Below are positions 59,603 through 64,000 of a stretch of DNA of 64,000 nucleotides, one piece after another. Position 1 is the stretch's first letter. Each line of letters begins with the position of its first letter. Origin of the DNA: an uncultured Candidatus Saccharibacteria bacterium (GTDB lineage: Bacteria; Patescibacteriota; Saccharimonadia; Saccharimonadales; Saccharimonadaceae); the NCBI GenBank assembly GCA_963789695.1, contig CAWBLS010000004.1:262-64261 (forward strand). The letters are read 5' to 3'. A model generated the notes under the pieces. That model did no database searches. It worked only from the letters and a program-made list of their open reading frames with translations, and was not told the origin of the DNA. The position numbers were made by a program, and so were the translations under genes.

Positions 59603-59713
59603 CGTCGAGGAAACAACGGGTCGGAGGGGACATCGGCTCCTCACGTCAGTGTGGCGCCATGTAGGCCCCGCGCTTCGTGCTGCTTCCGGGGCCTGCGACC
59701 CACGACCTTCGGG

Positions 59714-62059
59714 TTATGCGCGAGCGGCGTCGAGGATGACCCTGCGTTCCGCCGACGCGATCGCCCGACGCGCCGCGCGGCACCGCGTCGGGGTTCACCG
59801 AGATCGAGTCGATGCCGTAGCGCACGAGGTGCTCGGCGAACTCGGGTCGGTTCGACGGCGCCTGGCCGCACAGCGACGAGGTGATGCCCGGCCTCGCGCG
59901 CGGCGGTGATGATGCGCTCGATGGCGTCGAGCACCGCGGCGTCCGACTCGTCGAACAGCTCGGCGCAAGTCTCGGAATCGCGATCGACGCCCAGCATGAG
60001 CTGGGTGAGGTCGTTCGACCCGATCGAGACGCCGTCGATGCCGAGCGCGGCGTACTCGGGGATCCGGTAGACGACCGACGGCACCTCGGCCATGACCCAC
60101 CGGTGCAGGCCGCGCTGGCGACCCGAGCGGGCTCGCGTCGACCAGCTCCAGGCAGCGCTCGAGCTCCCAGCGTGTCCGCACGAACGGGATCATGAGGTGC
60201 AGGTTCGGGGTCTCGTCACGCACTCGGGCCAGGGTCTCGAGCTCGAGCAGGAACAGGTCGGGCTCGTGCACGTAGCGGTAGCAGCCGCGGTAGCCGATCA
60301 TCGGGTTCGTCCTCGCGCGGCTCGAACTCGATCGCCCCCGGCGAGGTTGCGGAACTCGTTGCTGCGGAAGTCGATGGTGCGGTAGACGACGGGTCGGGGC
60401 GCGAAGGCCCGGGTGATGCGCAGCAGCGACGCCGGACATCCGGTCGACGAACTCGGGTCCCGCCGCCATCGGCCAGCAACGCTCGCGGGTGCGACACCGT
60501 CGAGCGCGTCGGTGAGCATGAACTCGGCCCGCAGCAGCCCGACGCCGTCGACGGGCAGGGCTGCGCGACCCGCTCCGCCTGGTCGGCGAGCGCGAGGTTC
60601 ACGTACACCCGGGTGGCGAGCGCGTCCGCGGCGCCGGCGGCGTGGGCCGCGGCCGGCCTCGCCGCGGAGCCAACGGTCGTCGCCGGCGAGCCCGGCATGC
60701 GGCGCGAGCCGGTCGACCCGCGTACACGGCGCCGCTGCGCGGCGTCGACGGTGACGAGCATCCCGTCGTGCAGCCGTCGGTCGCACGGCGCGCGCCGACG
60801 ACGCAGGGCACGCCGAGCTCGCGGCTCACGATCGCGGCGTGGCAGGTGATGCCCCCGCTGTCGGTGACGAGCGCGGCGGCGCGGCGGATCGACCGGCACC
60901 CAGTCAGGGCTCGTCATCGGTGCGACGAGGACCTCGCCCGGCTCGAGCGCACGCGCCCTCGCTCGGGGCACGCAGGACCCGGACCCGGACCGGTGACGAG
61001 GCCCGGCGAGGCCGGCGAGCACCGGCTCGAGCACCGCGCCCTCGGCGGCGGCCCGCGCACCGCGGCGCCGTCGGCGGATCCGAGCGTCGTGATCGGGCGC
61101 GACTGCACGAGGTACAGTCGTGCCGTCGGCGTATCGCCCACTCGATGTCCTGCGGGGGCCCGTAGTGCGTCTTCGACCCGTCGGCCGAGGTCGGCCAGCT
61201 CGAGCATCTCGTCATCGGTCAGCACCGCGTCCGTGCGGTCCGCCGGGTCGAGCATCGACCCGCTCGTCGCCCGTCGGAGCCCGCGCGCGACTCGAAACGG
61301 CTTGGTGCCCGATACGGGTCTCGACGATCGCGCGGGACCGTCCTTCGCGACGACGTAGGTGTCGGGCTCGACCTGACCGCCGACGACGACCTCGCCGAGG
61401 CCGAACGCGCCGCTTCGATCACGATCCGCGACCGGTCGCCGGTCGCCGGGTCGGCCGTGAACATCACGCCCGGAACGGTCGCGAGTCGACCATGCGCTGC
61501 ACGACCACCGCGATCGCGGGTTCGGCGGTCGACGTGCTGCGTGGCGCGGTACGCGCACGCGCGGCGCCGAACAGTGACGCCCAGCAGTCGACGATGCGGG
61601 TGACCAGCGCGTCGTCGCCGGAGACGTTCGTGAAGGTCTCGTTCATCCCTGCGAACGACGTCGACGACGGAGTCCTCGCCCGGTGGCCGACGAGCGCACC
61701 GCGACGAACGCGTCATCCCCGAGCCGACGGTAGGCGTCGACGACCTCGCGCCGCAGGGCCTCAGGCATACCCGCCTCGCGCACCAACGCCTGCAGCGCAC
61801 TCGCCCGCGCCTCCACCGACGTCTCGTCGCCCTCCCCCGCCGAGGACAGGTCGGCGAGTCGGGTCCGAACCCCCGCGAGCTCCATCGCCGCAGAGGTAGC
61901 CGGCGACGCTGACGACGAAGCCTCGGGCACGGGAAAGCCCGCCCGCAGTCAGCTCGCCGAGGTTCGCGCCCTTCCCCCCGCGATCGCGACGTCGTCGATC
62001 GACAGGTGATCGAACCACACCACTGCGGGGCTGGGCGCCGGCGTGCTGGTCATCGTCAC
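59714..62059 (-). CDS. ppsA: Phosphoenolpyruvate synthase (high-GC copy, many indels)
   Basis: [38 protein letters not shown] and GSNDLTQ across frames. Confidence 0.88.
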
Positions 62060-62121
62060 ACGTCCTCTTGCGAACGCTCCCGACACTGGACGTTCACAGC
62101 GTGACGAGGCCCCGGCCGCCG

Positions 62122-63450
62122 CTAGAGGCCAAGGTCCTCCGGCGCAGCACCTCCGACGTGGCCGGTGAACCACGCCGCCGCGTGCGGGGCGACCGCTTCG
62201 AGCGCGCCCGGCTCCTCAAACAGGTGCGTCGCACCCGGCACCACCACGAGCCGTGTTCGCACCGGAGCCGCCTGGGCGCCCGCTGGTTGAGCCCCGGACC
62301 TCGGGGTCGTTACCCCCCACGATCAGGAGCGTGGGCGCGAACACCGCGAAGCGCTGTGCCCGCGAGGTCCGGCCGCCCGCCCGTGGACACGACCGCGGCG
62401 ACGTCGTCCGTCCGCGGCCGCCCCCAGCGCCGCCGCCGGCGCCGGTGCTGGCACCGAAAAAGCCGATCCGCAGGCCGCCACACGCCGGGTCGGCTGCCGG
62501 AGCCAGGCGGTCACGCCACGAGGCGCCGGGCCAGCAGGTCGATGTCGAACACGTTGGCCTGCGGTCGCCGCTCCTCGCCTCGGCGAGAAGGTCGAACAGC
62601 AGCGTGGCCAAGCCCGCCCGCTGAAGGACCTCGGCGACGAAGCGGTTCCGCGGGCTGAGCCGGCTGCTCCCGCTGCCGTGGGCGAACACCACCAGGCCGA
62701 GGGCTCCCGCCGGTACGACGAGGTGTCCCGGCACCGCCAGTTGTTCCGGCGCCACAACCACGTCGTCGTCGAAGCAATGGGCCGGCGCAGCGGCGCTGCC
62801 ACGAAGATCGTTCTCGCGGGCGGTGGCGGTGCCCGTACCTCGTCGTCATCCGTCGGCGAGAACTCGTCGTACCACGCACCGATCGTGATCGGTGCCGGCG
62901 TTACGAGTGCGACCACGTCGTCGGCGAGCTCCGCGAGCTCGGCCACGGTCTCGGGTGCGGCGAACTCGGGAACCGCCAGCACCACCCTGGCCGTGGTCGT
63001 GGAGGCGGGCGATGCGCAGCGTGGGACCGGCCGTTCCCCCGGTTGCGATGCCGTCGTCGACGATGATCACCGTGCGACCCTGCAGCGAGATCATCGGCCG
63101 GTCGCCGCGGTAGCGACGCACCCGCCGATCGAGCTCCAGCTGTTCGCGTCCTTGACCGCCTCGACCTGCTCGTTCGTCACGTTCCCGAGGCGGGTGGCGT
63201 GCGAGTCGAGCACGCAGACCCCGCCTTCGCCGATGGCGCCCAAATACCGAGCTCGGGGTGCGACGGCATGCCGAGCTTGCGGACGACCATCAACGTCGAG
63301 CCGGGAGCGTGCAACTGTCGCGCCACCTCGAACGCCACCGGTACCCCACCGCGCGTGGGAGTGCGAGCACCACCGGGCGTTCCCGAACGCAACGGCGCAA
63401 GCCGTGCCGCAAGCAAACTGACCCGCTTGGACGGCGGTCGTGAAAACGCT
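62122..63450 (-). CDS. Phosphoribosyltransferase plus dienelactone-hydrolase-like fusion (many indels; ends approximate)
   Basis: RGGVPVA, VDDGIATG, HGSGSSRLSPRN and GASTG motifs. Confidence 0.8.
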
Positions 63451-63505
63451 GGATCTCGTCGGGGTGGCGCGGTATCAGTCCGCCTTCGTCGTCAGGTGTC
63501 GAGCG

Positions 63506-63708
63506 TCAGCGCGCTCCGCAGTCTGGAACGTGCTCGACGATTGCATCGGGCCCCGGAAAGAAGAGGCCTTCGTGGCCGTCGTCTTCCCAACGTACGAGGA
63601 ACGGCGGTCCGCAGCTTTCGCCCCGCACGTCGAGGATCTCCACGTCGCGTACCGCTTTCCCACGTGGTGGCCCTTGATCACCAGTCGATCACCGACCTTC
63701 GCCTGCAT
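63506..63708 (-). CDS. DUF1918-like small protein (frameshifted)
   Basis: MQAKVGDRLVIKGHHVG, then PPFLVRWEDDGHEGLFFPGPDA in a shifted frame. Confidence 0.8.
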
Positions 63709-63865
63709 GGCGTCGCTCCTTCCACGTTGAGCTGTACCACCCAGCATCTCCCTCCTCATCCGAGCGCGAAACGAGAGCCGAACGTCCCGCCGGTGCGTCG
63801 CGGACCGAGGACCATCGCCCCTGGCGCGGGGATCGGCGGACAGCCGCTCACGCCCGATGCCGGCC

Positions 63866-63880
63866 GGGACTTCCGGCCCT
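63866..63880. promoter_or_regulatory. DosR/DevR-like box
   Basis: GGGACTTCCGGCCCT upstream of the DUF1918-like gene. A related copy lies at 63807..63822. Confidence 0.55.
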
Positions 63881-64000
63881 GGCGAGACGACGCGACCACC
63901 TCGCGGATCGCGGCATGCGCCGCGAACTGACAGCAAATGCTGCAGCTCCCGCCGTGGACGTGGGCTCCATTCGGGCCGTCAGCGGCTCGCCGTCGATACG

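Noticed and set aside
38242-62059. ppsA duplication within one genome
   Set aside because: The two copies lie on opposite sides of the probable chimeric junction and differ strongly in composition.
53950-64000. Mass pseudogenisation, programmed frameshifting or many overlapping genes
   Set aside because: Indels hit nearly every gene while motifs remain intact, as expected for unpolished long-read error. Long alternative ORFs are normal at high GC.
53940-64000. Genomic island or prophage insertion
   Set aside because: No integrase, transposase, att repeat or tRNA at the boundary, and genes on both sides are cut mid-sequence.

Overview
Two different DNAs are joined in this window. Positions 1 to ~53,945 look like a Candidatus Saccharibacteria (TM7/Patescibacteria) chromosome, inferred from gene content and style. 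This part has mid GC, mostly leaderless core genes, pilins, a sortase, a full F-type ATP synthase, lower-glycolysis genes, smpB, pyrH, xth, dus, a UvrD-type helicase-nuclease, tRNA-Leu and tRNA-Gln. From ~53,950 to the end the DNA is abruptly very GC-rich, actinobacterial-like and full of indels. Genes are cut on both sides of the junction, so this is most likely a long-read chimera. The main unexplained signals are all in the first part. (1) A transcription unit at 26.4-27.4 kb holds a 54-aa ORF followed by seven tRNA-shaped RNAs. Six are aberrant, five of them in the anticodon arm, and one carries a 76-nt branched insert in place of the anticodon loop. (2) A ~290-nt, densely paired RNA at 30.7-31.0 kb has its own promoter and terminator. 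(3) About 15 stand-alone, mostly orphan cassettes have -35/-10 promoters, strong SD sites, frequent GTG starts and C/G-ending codons, unlike the leaderless core genes. One of them ends in GQYL, the docking motif for the actinobacterial proteasome. (4) Orphan ORFs are translationally coupled inside the atp operon. (5) An actinobacterial-type acyl-ACP desaturase is present. All assignments were made by eye and no database search was run.
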